Origin: Bacilli bacterium | GTDB lineage: Bacteria > Bacillota_I > Bacilli_A > RF39 > UBA660 | Reading direction: 5' to 3' | NCBI GenBank assembly: GCA_017940575.1 | Contig: JAGAYJ010000032.1 | Coordinates: 11,158-75,157 of the forward strand | Length of the DNA: 64,000 nt | Shown here: positions 1 to 10,270 of the stretch, in pieces | How the letters are laid out: every line of letters begins with the position of its first letter | How positions within the stretch are numbered: position 1 is the first letter of the stretch | The notes under the pieces: generated by a model | The model's input: only the letters and a program-made list of their open reading frames with translations | Told to the model about the DNA's origin: nothing | Databases searched by the model: none | Made by a program: the position numbers and the translations under genes

Positions 1-177
1 AAATCTTTTACCAATATTTGTAATAGCTAAGCTTGATGCGACTTCACCAGCATTATGTCCACCCATACCATCAGCTACAGTCATTAATACTTCACCAGAC
101 ATATTCTCAGTTATTACAACACTATCTTCATTATGGTCTCTAACTTTTCCAGTATCAGTCATGTAATAATAATCCAT
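1..177 (-). CDS. PP2C-family Ser/Thr protein phosphatase, N-terminal part (gene runs off the window start)
   Basis: Not in the ORF track because the window edge truncates it. Minus-strand translation from the ATG at 177 gives [22 protein letters not shown]...[15 protein letters not shown] (PP2C motifs). The start shares one base with the rlmN stop (TAATG). The rlmN-PP2C order is common in Bacillota. Confidence 0.8.
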   Translation of the reverse strand, partial: MDYYYMTDTGKVRDHNEDSVVITENMSGEVLMTVADGMGGHNAGEVASSLAITNIGKRF

Positions 178-1202
178 TATCTAGCCTCCTCATAATTTGA
201 ACGTAACTGTCCACATGCTGCTTTAACATCACGGCCAAACTCTCTTCTGATAGTTACATTTATTTTATTCTTTTTTAATGTATCATAGAATGCCATTATT
301 CTATCTTGTGGTGTTCTTCTAAACTCTATATGACTTGTTTCATTATAAGGAATTAAATTTATATATGCATTCATTCCTTTTACTAAATTAGCAAGTTCTA
401 TAGCACACTCTTTAGAATCATTCACACCATCTAATAAAATATATTCAAATGTTACTCTTCTATTTGTCTTTTTAATATATTCTCTTAATACTTCAAATAA
501 CATATCTAAGTTATATGCTCTATTAATAGGCATTAAGGAATCTCTTAAAGTATTATTAGGTGCATGTAGAGAGATAGCTAAATTAACTTGTTTTCCATGA
601 TTCATGAAATCTTTTATTCTAGGAACTAGGCCACTTGTTGATACAGTTATATGACGTGCTCCTATATCTATACCTTTTGGACAGTTTATTATATCTATAA
701 AATCAATTACATTATCATAATTATCAAAAGGCTCACCTATTCCCATTAAAACGACATGAGAAATTCTTAAATTCTCTAACTCCTCTATTGCAAGTATTTG
801 TTCAACCATCTCATGAGTATATAAGTTTCTAACTTTTTTTAGTCTACCACTTTCACAAAACTTACATCCCATATTACAACCTACTTGAGTTGAAACACAC
901 AAACTATATCCATAATCATGATTCATTAGTACTGCTTCTATTTTATTAGAATCATCTAACTCAAATAAGTATTTTGAAACATCTGTATCAGACGTTTTAG
1001 CAACCAGTTTTATTTTTGAAAAAACAAACTCTTTTTTTAGTAATTCAATAGTATCTTTTTTTACATTTGAAAATTCATCAAAACTCTTTATTCTTTTTTT
1101 ATATATCCACTCAAATGTTTGACTAGCCTTAAATTTTTTCTCACCCTTAGAGACAAAATACTCTTCTAAAGCTTCAAGTGTTATACCATAGATACTCTTC
1201 AT
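177..1202 (-). CDS. rlmN: 23S rRNA/tRNA adenine-C2 methyltransferase RlmN (radical SAM)
   Basis: 341 aa. Radical-SAM CxxxCxxC motif ([12 protein letters not shown]), MGIGEP motif and a C-terminal ACGQL motif. Confidence 0.93.
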   Translation of the reverse strand: MKSIYGITLEALEEYFVSKGEKKFKASQTFEWIYKKRIKSFDEFSNVKKDTIELLKKEFVFSKIKLVAKTSDTDVSKYLFELDDSNKIEAVLMNHDYGYSLCVSTQVGCNMGCKFCESGRLKKVRNLYTHEMVEQILAIEELENLRISHVVLMGIGEPFDNYDNVIDFIDIINCPKGIDIGARHITVSTSGLVPRIKDFMNHGKQVNLAISLHAPNNTLRDSLMPINRAYNLDMLFEVLREYIKKTNRRVTFEYILLDGVNDSKECAIELANLVKGMNAYINLIPYNETSHIEFRRTPQDRIMAFYDTLKKNKINVTIRREFGRDVKAACGQLRSNYEEAR

Positions 1203-1232
1203 ACTATCACCTAAATTTAATTATACCAAAAA

Positions 1233-1260
1233 TATAAAAAAAATGGTATATAGAATACCA
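1233..1260 (-). terminator. Rho-independent terminator after the dcw-linked pilin-like gene (hairpin usable on both strands)
   Basis: 6-bp stem TGGTAT/ATACCA (1244-1260) with a 5-nt loop, followed on the minus strand by a run of 8 T. Confidence 0.6.
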
Positions 1261-1265
1261 CTTTT

Positions 1266-2501
1266 TTATTTAATTATGAATGGATTTGTAGAAGTTCCTG
1301 TTGCTGTATCAATATTTGATATATGAGTATTTGAATCAAGTGTAACTACTGCATATATTTGTTTATTATTAACTGGTCCAGTAAGAGCTAGAGTACCATC
1401 ACTATTAACAAACCAAATTTGTGTGCCATTATTATTAAGTGTCCATGTAGTACTAGATGAACCAAACATTTCTTTTAAATAATTATTTTCACTACATGCA
1501 CTTGATAAAAAGTTAGAATCACAAGTGGATGCTGATGCATTTACATAATCAAGTATTGATATCGTACCAACCTTTTGACTTGATAAATTATCTATATTAT
1601 TACTATTTAAAGTTGATTTTAAAGCATCAATTGAGAATTCATTAGATTCAACTTTGCCAATCAAATAATCAGCATTTATTATTTTGTTTGTGTCATAAGC
1701 TATTCCATCATCATCTATTTTTTTCATCAATAGTTCATTTAATGATGACTCTTTAAATGTAATTTGTTCATCCTTATTCCATGTATTAGTTGCAATTGGT
1801 GTTGTACTAATTAGTTTAACTTTATAGTTTTTCTTATCTATACTAAGTATTCTCCATGATGTATTTTTAGAGTTACCACTAGAATCTTTTCCCGTTAAAG
1901 TAACATAGTTATTAGGACTTGTTCCTCTAAATACATATTCACTTTCTAAATCATATAATCCACTATCAGTTTGACCAGAAACTTTTATATTTTTTTTATT
2001 CATTTCATATATAGCATATCCTGTTGATACTGCTTCTTTAGAAGATGATTCTTTTATAAATGTCTTTGCTGATCTATCGTAGGAATAAATGATATAACCA
2101 AATTCTTCATCAATATTTGATTCATTTGCATATGTAGAGCATGTCTTTTCATCATAAATATAGTTATATTTTTTATTATCTTGATTATATCTTATTCTAA
2201 TACAACCATTCATTGTTGATCTATCGCGTGGATTTTTAATTGGATCAGGTTCTAAATAGCCAGAAAATCTTAGAGACTCTAAGCTTATATATATATCATT
2301 AGCATGTGTATTATCTAATAAATCTATATTATTACTTGCCCATTTTTCACTAGCTAATTGTATATCTAAAATTTGGGAATTATATAAGTCTTCCTTTGAA
2401 TCATTAATAACCTTAGCAATATTTGGAAATATTATTAATGATGTAATTGAAAGAATTATTATTACTGAAAGTAATTCTATTAAAGTAAATCCTTTTTTCA
2501 T
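1266..2501 (-). CDS. Prepilin-type N-terminal cleavage/methylation domain protein (large pilin-like, about 411 aa)
   Basis: Preferred start is M8 (MKKGFTLIELLSVIIILSI...), which has an AGGAGG RBS 7 nt upstream that overlaps the PBP stop codon. The class III signal G|FTLIE is followed by a hydrophobic helix. The C-terminal ~380 aa are unrecognised. Confidence 0.7.
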   Translation of the reverse strand: MKKGFTLIELLSVIIILSITSLIIFPNIAKVINDSKEDLYNSQILDIQLASEKWASNNIDLLDNTHANDIYISLESLRFSGYLEPDPIKNPRDRSTMNGCIRIRYNQDNKKYNYIYDEKTCSTYANESNIDEEFGYIIYSYDRSAKTFIKESSSKEAVSTGYAIYEMNKKNIKVSGQTDSGLYDLESEYVFRGTSPNNYVTLTGKDSSGNSKNTSWRILSIDKKNYKVKLISTTPIATNTWNKDEQITFKESSLNELLMKKIDDDGIAYDTNKIINADYLIGKVESNEFSIDALKSTLNSNNIDNLSSQKVGTISILDYVNASASTCDSNFLSSACSENNYLKEMFGSSSTTWTLNNNGTQIWFVNSDGTLALTGPVNNKQIYAVVTLDSNTHISNIDTATGTSTNPFIIK

Positions 2502-2511
2502 AAATAACCTC

Positions 2512-4686
2512 CTATGTTCCAATATTATATTTATTATTTAATATAACGCTTAATGTCATATCATTTGTAACTGTTGAATCTGCTACAATACTTTGTTCTG
2601 TAACATATCCGTATCCTTCTATATTATACTTAATATTTAACATTTTTGAAAGTGTTATAACATCATTTCTACTAAATCCTGTTATATTTGGCATTTTATA
2701 TTCACTTACATTTGTAAGAAGTATTATTTTCTCACCAGGTGCGAGTTCAGTGCCTTTTATAACTGATTGTTTAGTTATTTTATCGCCATTACCTATTATA
2801 ATTGTTTTAATACCATTTGCTTCTAACTCTGACTTTACATCGCTTGTATTTTTACTAATATATGATTTAACAATATAACTTGTAGTTTGCTTCTCTGTAA
2901 TTTCTGTAAACATATTTTTATATTTAGCTATATTTTGCATCAACGATTTAACATTTGTATATAAGCCTGATGATTTACCCCAACTTGGTTTTTTCATAGC
3001 AGCATATATAATTATCTCTGGATCATCTTTAGGAAACATTCCAGAAAATGAGAATATATAATCGTTATCTCCAGTTGAATATGTACCTGTTTGAACATTA
3101 TAAATCTGACTTGTTCCTGTTTTTCCAATTATATTGAAGCCTTCAATTTTATATGGATATCCAGTTGATCCTGGATCAGTTCCATGAATTACATTATACA
3201 TTAAATCTTTTATCTTATTTACAGTATCAACACTTACTGCATCAGTTTCCTCTACTTTTCTTTTATAAATAACTTCATTAGTATCAGAATCAACTATTTT
3301 ACTTACTATATGTGGTTTTAACATTTTACCATTATTTGAAATAATAGTTAATGCTTGAAGTTGTTGAATAGCAGTTGTAGATATACCTTGACCAAATCCT
3401 GCATTTAAAAATTCTACATCATATGTAAACTTGATATTTCCTTTTGATTCATTAGATAACTCAATTCCTGTTAAAGCGCCAAAACCATACTTTTTAAAGC
3501 ACTCTTTTAATTGTTTTTTACTTATTGAATCATTTTTAGAAAGTAAGTTAGCTATACCAACATTACTAGAGTATTCTAATCCTTTATCATATGAAATATT
3601 GCCCCATCCAGGATGATACCAGTCAAATATAATATCTTCTCCTATTGTATAACTACCAGATAAGAAAGTTTCATTTCCATTATATTTTCCATTTTCCATA
3701 GCGCACATATAAGTGAAAGTTTTCATAACTGAACCTGGTTCATATGTTTTAGTTATAAGTGGATTTTCATAGTCAGTTATATCTCTTAAGTTTGGATTAA
3801 ATGAAGGAGTTGAAGATGAAGCTAAAATATCTCCTGTTTTAGCGTCCATTACACTTATAAGTGCCCATTCAGGGTGATAATTATCTTCTATATTTTTAAC
3901 TGCTGATTCTGTAAATCTTTGAATACCTGAATCAATAGTTAGATATATATCTTCACCATTTTTTGCTGGTATTGATTTTTCTTTTGTACCACTTATTTTA
4001 TATCCATATTTATTTACTTGATATTCTGAGTATCCATCAGTACCAGATAGTTTTTTATTGTATTCTGATTCAATACCCATCTCACCAACTATTTCATTAG
4101 TGATTATTTCGTTATCTTCCTCATCATAGGTTTTAACTTCTGTATTCTTAGCATACCCAATTAAATATGAAGCAAAATTACCATTTGGATAAAATCTCTT
4201 TTGACTTTCTGTAAAACTAATTCCTGGCAAGTTTAAAGCAATTATCTCATCTTTTACAATCTCAGTTAAACCTCTACCGAAACTTCCTAATTCAACTTGG
4301 TATTTATCTTGACTCAATTTTTCTACTAGATAATCTTTCTCACAACCTAAGATAGGCGCAAGTAATTCAGCTGTTTTATCAACATCATGTACATAGTCTT
4401 CTTTTGTATATACTTTACTTTTTTCTAGTGATGCAATAATGGTATATGAACTAACATTTAAAGCTAAACTATTTCCTTCGCTATCATAAATAGTTCCTCT
4501 TTTTGCTTTAATTGTTTTTTTAACAGTATTACGACTAGATGCAAATTCCGTCATATTTTTTCCATATATTGTTGGCGATAAAGATAGATAAGCAAATTTA
4601 ATATATAATAAAAAAATGCAAATAGAAAAAACTAAAAATAAGAATTTTGGTAATTGCCAATTTTTTGTTTTCCCTAATGCATTCAT
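2512..4686 (-). CDS. Class B penicillin-binding protein (PBP2B/FtsI-type transpeptidase) with two C-terminal PASTA domains
   Basis: 724 aa with an N-terminal TM segment. Motifs SxxK (GSVMK), SxN (YSSNVG) and KTG (GKTGTSQ). Sits after ftsL in the dcw cluster. Confidence 0.9.
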   Translation of the reverse strand: MNALGKTKNWQLPKFLFLVFSICIFLLYIKFAYLSLSPTIYGKNMTEFASSRNTVKKTIKAKRGTIYDSEGNSLALNVSSYTIIASLEKSKVYTKEDYVHDVDKTAELLAPILGCEKDYLVEKLSQDKYQVELGSFGRGLTEIVKDEIIALNLPGISFTESQKRFYPNGNFASYLIGYAKNTEVKTYDEEDNEIITNEIVGEMGIESEYNKKLSGTDGYSEYQVNKYGYKISGTKEKSIPAKNGEDIYLTIDSGIQRFTESAVKNIEDNYHPEWALISVMDAKTGDILASSSTPSFNPNLRDITDYENPLITKTYEPGSVMKTFTYMCAMENGKYNGNETFLSGSYTIGEDIIFDWYHPGWGNISYDKGLEYSSNVGIANLLSKNDSISKKQLKECFKKYGFGALTGIELSNESKGNIKFTYDVEFLNAGFGQGISTTAIQQLQALTIISNNGKMLKPHIVSKIVDSDTNEVIYKRKVEETDAVSVDTVNKIKDLMYNVIHGTDPGSTGYPYKIEGFNIIGKTGTSQIYNVQTGTYSTGDNDYIFSFSGMFPKDDPEIIIYAAMKKPSWGKSSGLYTNVKSLMQNIAKYKNMFTEITEKQTTSYIVKSYISKNTSDVKSELEANGIKTIIIGNGDKITKQSVIKGTELAPGEKIILLTNVSEYKMPNITGFSRNDVITLSKMLNIKYNIEGYGYVTEQSIVADSTVTNDMTLSVILNNKYNIGT

Positions 4687-4697
4687 TATTACACCTC

Positions 4698-4988
4698 TTA
4701 GTCGTCAATTATTACTATACTATCATTATTATACGCTAAACCCATATCAGATGCAACATCTTTAACTTTATCATAAGCAGTTAATTCATTAACTTTCATA
4801 GTTAAACTTTCATTAACTTTCTTTTGTGCTTCGATATCATTTGCTTGTGATTCAATATTCATACTTAAATTAGTTATACCAGCACTAAAGAAAATACGTG
4901 ATACAACTGTCATAAATAAAGAAAGGAATGCCACACTATATAATAAGACTTCACCTTTTGTAATTCTTGTTTTTCTTTTCTTTACCAT
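4698..4988 (-). CDS. ftsL: Cell division protein FtsL-like (single TM plus coiled coil)
   Basis: Small bitopic protein between rsmH and the PBP, which is the canonical ftsL slot. The ORF-track start at 4997 was trimmed to the ATG with better RBS spacing. Confidence 0.6.
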   Translation of the reverse strand: MVKKRKTRITKGEVLLYSVAFLSLFMTVVSRIFFSAGITNLSMNIESQANDIEAQKKVNESLTMKVNELTAYDKVKDVASDMGLAYNNDSIVIIDD

Positions 4989-5003
4989 ATTAATCATCCC
5001 TTT

Positions 5004-5921
5004 TTATTTTATTTTTTCTATTACTCTTAGTTTAGAAGAACGAGCTCTTGGATTATCTTCTAGTTCTTCACGACTTGGTTTTATAACATTTAATGCTTTA
5101 AATTCTTTTTGATATTCCTCTGGTATGAAAGGTAGATTCTTAAATGCATCATCTATCTTAGATACCTCATTAAACATATTTTTTACTATCTTATCTTCTA
5201 GAGAATGGAATGTTATTACACATATTCTTCCATTTTTATTTAAGAGAGTTAAAGCATCAGATAGCGCTATTTTTAAAACATCTAACTCTTTATTTACTTC
5301 AATACGTATTGCTTGAAATACTTTTCTTGCTGGATGTTTTTCTCTTTTGTACTTTTCTGGTACTGCGCTTTTAACTACATCAACTAATTCTAATGTAGTT
5401 TCAATATTTTTATTTTTTCTATATTCAACAATTTTATCAGCAATTTTAGATGAATACTTTTCCTCACCAAATTCTCTAAATATACGAATTAAATCTTCTT
5501 TAGAGTATTCATTTACAACGTTATAAGCAGATAGACTTTGTGTTTGATCCATACGCATATCTAACTTAGCATCTTTATGAAAGGAAAATCCTCTATAGTC
5601 TTCATCTAATTGGGGAGATGAAACACCTAAGTCAAATAATATTCCATCAACTTTTTCAATACCTAGTTTAGATAATTCACTTTTCATATTTTTAAAATTG
5701 CTTCTGACAATTGTGAAATTACTTCCAATGCTATTTAGTCTTTCACGACTACTTTTGATAGCTTCATCATCTTGATCAAATGATATCAATCTACCATTTT
5801 TTATTCTTTTTAATATCTCACTACTATGTCCTGCATAACCAAGTGTTGCATCTACTATTACACTATCTTCCTTTAAGTTTAAGTTTTCTATACATTCATC
5901 TAATAACACTGATTTATGCAT
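5004..5921 (-). CDS. rsmH: 16S rRNA (cytosine1402-N4)-methyltransferase RsmH
   Basis: 305 aa. HKSVLLDE..., DATLGYAGHS, FDLGVSSPQLD. Follows mraZ. Confidence 0.95.
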   Translation of the reverse strand: MHKSVLLDECIENLNLKEDSVIVDATLGYAGHSSEILKRIKNGRLISFDQDDEAIKSSRERLNSIGSNFTIVRSNFKNMKSELSKLGIEKVDGILFDLGVSSPQLDEDYRGFSFHKDAKLDMRMDQTQSLSAYNVVNEYSKEDLIRIFREFGEEKYSSKIADKIVEYRKNKNIETTLELVDVVKSAVPEKYKREKHPARKVFQAIRIEVNKELDVLKIALSDALTLLNKNGRICVITFHSLEDKIVKNMFNEVSKIDDAFKNLPFIPEEYQKEFKALNVIKPSREELEDNPRARSSKLRVIEKIK

Positions 5922-6348
5922 TATATTCTACAGTGAATAGTTTCTCAGCAATGTCTGAAAGATTTTCTTCATTATCTGTAATAAATTTATTCCAAGATTC
6001 TTTATCCCAGATTTCAATTCTTTCATTAACACCTATGATAACGCAGTCTTTAGTTAAATTAGCATAACTTTTTAGTGATGATACTATATTGATTCTTCCT
6101 TGTTTATCAAAATCATTTTGATCTGCTCCTGATAAGAAGAATCTCATGAATGCTCTGGCATCTTTAGTATTAGGTAATTCTTTATATTTAGAAATAACAT
6201 TATCCCATTCTTCTTTAGGATAGACAAATAAACATTTATCTAAACCACGCGTAACAATAAAGTTAGAACCTAATTTCTCTCTAAATTTAGATGGAATTGT
6301 AAGTCTTCCTTTATCATCAATTGTGTAATTATATTCCCCCATAAACAT
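5914..6348 (-). CDS. mraZ: Transcriptional regulator MraZ
   Basis: MFMGEYNYTIDDKGRLTIPSKFR is the typical MraZ N-terminus with duplicated SpoVT/AbrB-like halves. The ORF-track extension (MDESGKKWVII) reads through the operator/RBS region, so the start is set at 6348. Confidence 0.93.
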   Translation of the reverse strand: MFMGEYNYTIDDKGRLTIPSKFREKLGSNFIVTRGLDKCLFVYPKEEWDNVISKYKELPNTKDARAFMRFFLSGADQNDFDKQGRINIVSSLKSYANLTKDCVIIGVNERIEIWDKESWNKFITDNEENLSDIAEKLFTVEYNA

Positions 6349-6357
6349 AATAATCAC

Positions 6358-6392
6358 CCACTTTTTGCCACTTTCATCCACTTGCTACCACT
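6358..6392 (-). promoter_or_regulatory. Putative MraZ operator: four AGTGG direct repeats with exact 10-nt phasing
   Basis: Minus strand reads AGTGGtagcaAGTGGatgaaAGTGGcaaaaAGTGGgtga (CCACT on the plus strand at 6358, 6368, 6378, 6388). It lies directly downstream of a TTTACA-17-TAAAAT promoter. MraZ proteins are known to bind phased GTGG/TGGG repeats upstream of mraZ. Confidence 0.6.
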
Positions 6393-6421
6393 ATTTTACT
6401 ATTTTATTTATCATTTGTAAA
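6393..6421 (-). promoter_or_regulatory. Sigma-A type promoter of the mraZ/dcw operon
   Basis: TTTACA (6416-6421), 17-nt spacer, TAAAAT (6393-6398). Tandem TTGACA motifs lie further upstream. Confidence 0.5.
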
Positions 6422-6443
6422 TATAATTGTGTCAAAAAAAGTG

Positions 6444-6470
6444 TCAAAAAAAGAAGTTTTTTAAACTTCT
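6444..6470 (-). terminator. Rho-independent terminator after the nucleotidyltransferase gene
   Basis: Stem AGAAGTTT/AAACTTCT with a 3-nt loop, followed on the minus strand by a T-run. Confidence 0.6.
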
Positions 6471-7274
6471 TTATTCATTAATTATTTTATTAAATAGACT
6501 AACATCTTCACTATATGTAACGCCTATAGAAATTGAATCAGTTTCTTTTACAAATACATTTATTTTTTTAGCTTTAATTAACTTATTTATAACTTCTGTT
6601 ATTAAGAATTCATCTGTTTTATAGTCTTTTATATTTTCTATAAACAATTTAAATTCTTCTTTAAATAAAGCTAATATATTAAAATTAAAGCCCCATAGAT
6701 TCATTGATGTTAAAGCATTTGGATCAAGAATAGTATCAGCTATATATGAATCATTTAATTTTTTTATATTAAACTTTTCTTCTATAGATATAAGCTTATT
6801 ATCTTCTACTTTACAAAGCCCTCTATTAACAGGTTGATTTGTAAATATAGTATTTTTTAATTTGTAGCCAACAAGCATATTGTCAGAATTATTAGATAAA
6901 AAGTCATATACTTCTTTTAAAGCTTCATATGAATAAAAGTCATCTGAATTTATTAAACAAAACTTATCGCTTATTAACCCTTCAATATTAAGTATAGCCT
7001 CACCCGTTCCCCATGGTTTTGTACGAGATTCATCTATCTTTTGATAAGCAAAACTATAATCTATATCAATTCTTGGTATTATTTGTTTTAAAAAGTCTTC
7101 TTTTAACTCTTCTCTTATAATAAATACAACTTTATTAAAACCTGCTTTCTTAGCATTTTTAATAGATAATTCCATAATGGTATCATTATTTTCATTTATC
7201 TTAGCAAGTTGTTTTAATGAACCTTTAAATCTAGAGCCAATTCCTGCAGCTAGAATAACTAATGTCACACTCAT
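6471..7274 (-). CDS. Sugar-phosphate nucleotidyltransferase family protein
   Basis: 267 aa. The N-terminal LAAGIGSRF matches the NTP-transferase G-rich loop. Substrate unknown. Confidence 0.6.
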   Translation of the reverse strand: MSVTLVILAAGIGSRFKGSLKQLAKINENNDTIMELSIKNAKKAGFNKVVFIIREELKEDFLKQIIPRIDIDYSFAYQKIDESRTKPWGTGEAILNIEGLISDKFCLINSDDFYSYEALKEVYDFLSNNSDNMLVGYKLKNTIFTNQPVNRGLCKVEDNKLISIEEKFNIKKLNDSYIADTILDPNALTSMNLWGFNFNILALFKEEFKLFIENIKDYKTDEFLITEVINKLIKAKKINVFVKETDSISIGVTYSEDVSLFNKIINE

Positions 7275-7276
7275 AT

Positions 7277-7627
7277 TTACTTCCTAACTGATTTTATAAT
7301 ACTAAATACATTTATATATATAAACATTACAATAAACATAATCCAACCAACTATTGGAATAATCATACAAAGTATCCAACTATAAGGAGTATTATAAATT
7401 GTACTTCCTGATACTTTTAAGTGAGACGCTAATTTACAAAGCATTTGAATCATAAATATTGTAAATAAAACAAATACTGGAAATACTAAATATAAAGTAG
7501 CAAATGTCCAATATTGCCATTTATAATACCAAGCAGCTTTATCATATAGATTATAATTCTTGCAACTTTTAAAGATAAATAGTAAATCAGCTAGTATAAG
7601 TACAAATAATAAATTATATAATAACAT
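7277..7627 (-). CDS. Small polytopic membrane protein, unknown function
   Basis: 116 aa with about 4 hydrophobic segments, tightly packed between mutS and the nucleotidyltransferase gene. Confidence 0.4.
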   Translation of the reverse strand: MLLYNLLFVLILADLLFIFKSCKNYNLYDKAAWYYKWQYWTFATLYLVFPVFVLFTIFMIQMLCKLASHLKVSGSTIYNTPYSWILCMIIPIVGWIMFIVMFIYINVFSIIKSVRK

Positions 7628-7638
7628 ATCATCACCCT

Positions 7639-10176
7639 CTATTTTATTTCACTTTTAAGTTTATAAAGTATATTTAAAGCATCTATTGGAGTTATTGATA
7701 AAATATCTAACTCTTTTAATTCTTTTTCAACTTGTGACTCTTCTTTCATTAAATCATCAAGTGGAAGACTATTTTGAACTATAACATCTCTTTTTGCTTC
7801 TTTATTTTCATATACTTTTAATATTTCATTTGCTCTTTTAATTAAAGCATCAGGTAGATTTGCAAGTTTAGCTACATGTATACCATAACTCTTATCAATA
7901 GAGCCATCATTTACTTTATGAATAAATGTTATATTTCCATCTTCTTCAACGGCACTAACATGTACATTTCTTAAAGTATCTAGTGTATCAGATAGATCAG
8001 TTAACTCATGATAATGTGTTGAGAAAAGTGTTTTACATTTAATATTTTTTTCAATATATTCAATAATTGATTGAGCAAGTGCCATACCATCAAATGTAGC
8101 TGTACCACGACCTAACTCATCAAATAAAACTAAACTATTTTCTGTTGCATTAGAAATAGCATATTCTGCTTCATTCATCTCAACCATAAATGTAGACTCA
8201 CCACTTACTAAATCATCACTTGCACCAATTCTTGTAAATATAGAATCAAATATTGGAAGAATTGCTTCTCGTGCTGGTACAAAACAACCTATTTGAGCCA
8301 TAATAACTGTTATAGCAAGTTGTCTCATATATGTTGATTTACCTGCCATATTAGGTCCAGTTATAAGTAATATATTTGTATTTTCATCCATTATAATATC
8401 ATTAGGTACATATTCTGTATCAATTACTTTTTCAACTACTGGATGTCTATTATCTATAAGTTTTATCTCTCTTTTTTCAGTTAATGTTGGTCTTATATAA
8501 TTGTTTTCTTCTGTAACTGTTGCGAATGATTGTAAGACATCTATCTCACTAATAGTTTTAGCAACGCTTTGTAGTTTTGGAATATATTCTTTAACTTTAT
8601 CACGAATTTCAATGAATAAGTTATATTCTAAATCAATTATTTTTTCTTCAGCATTTAATATTAATGCTTCTTTTTCTTTTAGAATTGGACTTATATATCT
8701 TTCACAGTTAGCAAGTGTTTGTCTTCTTTCATATCCATATTCTGGTTTGATTTCTTTTACATTTCCTTTTGATACTTCTATATAGTATCCAAATACTCTA
8801 TTGTAACCTACTTTTAAGTTTTTAATTCCAGTACGTTCTCTTTCTTCTGCTTCAAAACGCGCTACAAAGTCTTTACCACCTTTTCTTAAATCTTTTAATT
8901 CATCAAGTTCACTATTATATCCATCTTTTATAATATATCCTTCTTTTATAGATAAAGGTGGATTTTCATAAATACTTTCTTCTAATAAATCATATAGTTC
9001 TGATAATGTATCTATATTTTTATAAAACTTAATTTTAGTTAAAATATCTTTTATTCCAGGAAGTACTTTAAGTGATGCTTTAAGTTGAAGTAAGTCTTTA
9101 GCATTAGCGTTTCCAAATGCAACACGACCACTTAAACGTTCTAAGTCATATACATCAAAAAGTAAATTAGTTAAATCTTCTTTTAAAATAAATTCATTTA
9201 AAAGAGTATCTACCATATCATATCTTTTTTCTATTTCATCTTTATTAACTAAAGGACTTTCAATCATTGATTTGAGCATACGAGAACCCATTGCTGTTTT
9301 AGTCTTATCAAGTAACCAAATAAGTGAATAGTTTCTTTGCTTAAGTCTTAAAGTTTCAGTTAGCTCTAAATTTCTTTTAGTATGAACACTCATCTTTAAA
9401 TAGTCTTTATTCTCTTTAATAACAGCTTTTTGAAGGTGAGATAATTCTCTTTTTTGTGTTTTATTTATATATGTTAGTAAATGTTTAATAGTCTCTATAT
9501 ATCTTATATCACCTATATCTTCATAAATATAGTTATATTCATTTAAGTTATCTACATCATCTGATATAGAGATTGCTATTTTGAATTGATTTTTTAAAAG
9601 AGACATAATTGTTTTATCAAGTGTACTTTTAATTACTACTTCTTTAATACCAATACTAACTATCTCACTAACAAGTTTTGAGATATTGTGTTCCATTATA
9701 CTAGCATACACTTCACCTGTTGAGATATCTATATAAGATATAACATATGCATGATTAAAATCAATTATATTTCCTATATAGTTATTTTCAAATTCAACTA
9801 AAGATTCATCTACTATTGTACCCTTACTTATAATTTGAACGATATCTCTTTTAACTATACCTTTAGCTACATTCTTAGGATCTTCTAATTGTTCGCATAT
9901 ACCAATTTTATATCCTTTATCAACTAGTTTTTCTATGTAAAGATTTGCTGCATGATGAGGAATACCACACATTGGGATTTTTTCATCTAATCCCGCACTT
10001 TTACCAGTTAAGGTAAGTTCTAGTTCTCTAGATACTTTAATAGCATCCTCAAAGAACATCTCATAAAAATCACCTAATCTAAAAAAAATAATTACATCTT
10101 CATTATTCTTCTTTATTTCAAGATATTGTCTCATCATTGGCGTAACTTTATTTATGTCTACATCTTGTCTATTCAT
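7639..10176 (-). CDS. mutS: DNA mismatch repair protein MutS
   Basis: 845 aa. TPMMRQYLEIK, Walker A GPNMAGKST, STFMVEM. No mutL follows it. Confidence 0.95.
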   Translation of the reverse strand: MNRQDVDINKVTPMMRQYLEIKKNNEDVIIFFRLGDFYEMFFEDAIKVSRELELTLTGKSAGLDEKIPMCGIPHHAANLYIEKLVDKGYKIGICEQLEDPKNVAKGIVKRDIVQIISKGTIVDESLVEFENNYIGNIIDFNHAYVISYIDISTGEVYASIMEHNISKLVSEIVSIGIKEVVIKSTLDKTIMSLLKNQFKIAISISDDVDNLNEYNYIYEDIGDIRYIETIKHLLTYINKTQKRELSHLQKAVIKENKDYLKMSVHTKRNLELTETLRLKQRNYSLIWLLDKTKTAMGSRMLKSMIESPLVNKDEIEKRYDMVDTLLNEFILKEDLTNLLFDVYDLERLSGRVAFGNANAKDLLQLKASLKVLPGIKDILTKIKFYKNIDTLSELYDLLEESIYENPPLSIKEGYIIKDGYNSELDELKDLRKGGKDFVARFEAEERERTGIKNLKVGYNRVFGYYIEVSKGNVKEIKPEYGYERRQTLANCERYISPILKEKEALILNAEEKIIDLEYNLFIEIRDKVKEYIPKLQSVAKTISEIDVLQSFATVTEENNYIRPTLTEKREIKLIDNRHPVVEKVIDTEYVPNDIIMDENTNILLITGPNMAGKSTYMRQLAITVIMAQIGCFVPAREAILPIFDSIFTRIGASDDLVSGESTFMVEMNEAEYAISNATENSLVLFDELGRGTATFDGMALAQSIIEYIEKNIKCKTLFSTHYHELTDLSDTLDTLRNVHVSAVEEDGNITFIHKVNDGSIDKSYGIHVAKLANLPDALIKRANEILKVYENKEAKRDVIVQNSLPLDDLMKEESQVEKELKELDILSITPIDALNILYKLKSEIK

Positions 10177-10270
10177 ACTACCACCATTTAATATTATACC
10201 GAATTTATTAAATTAAGTCTATTAAATAAATTTAAAAGTGTTATAATTAAATTAGAAGGAGGATGTTTTA

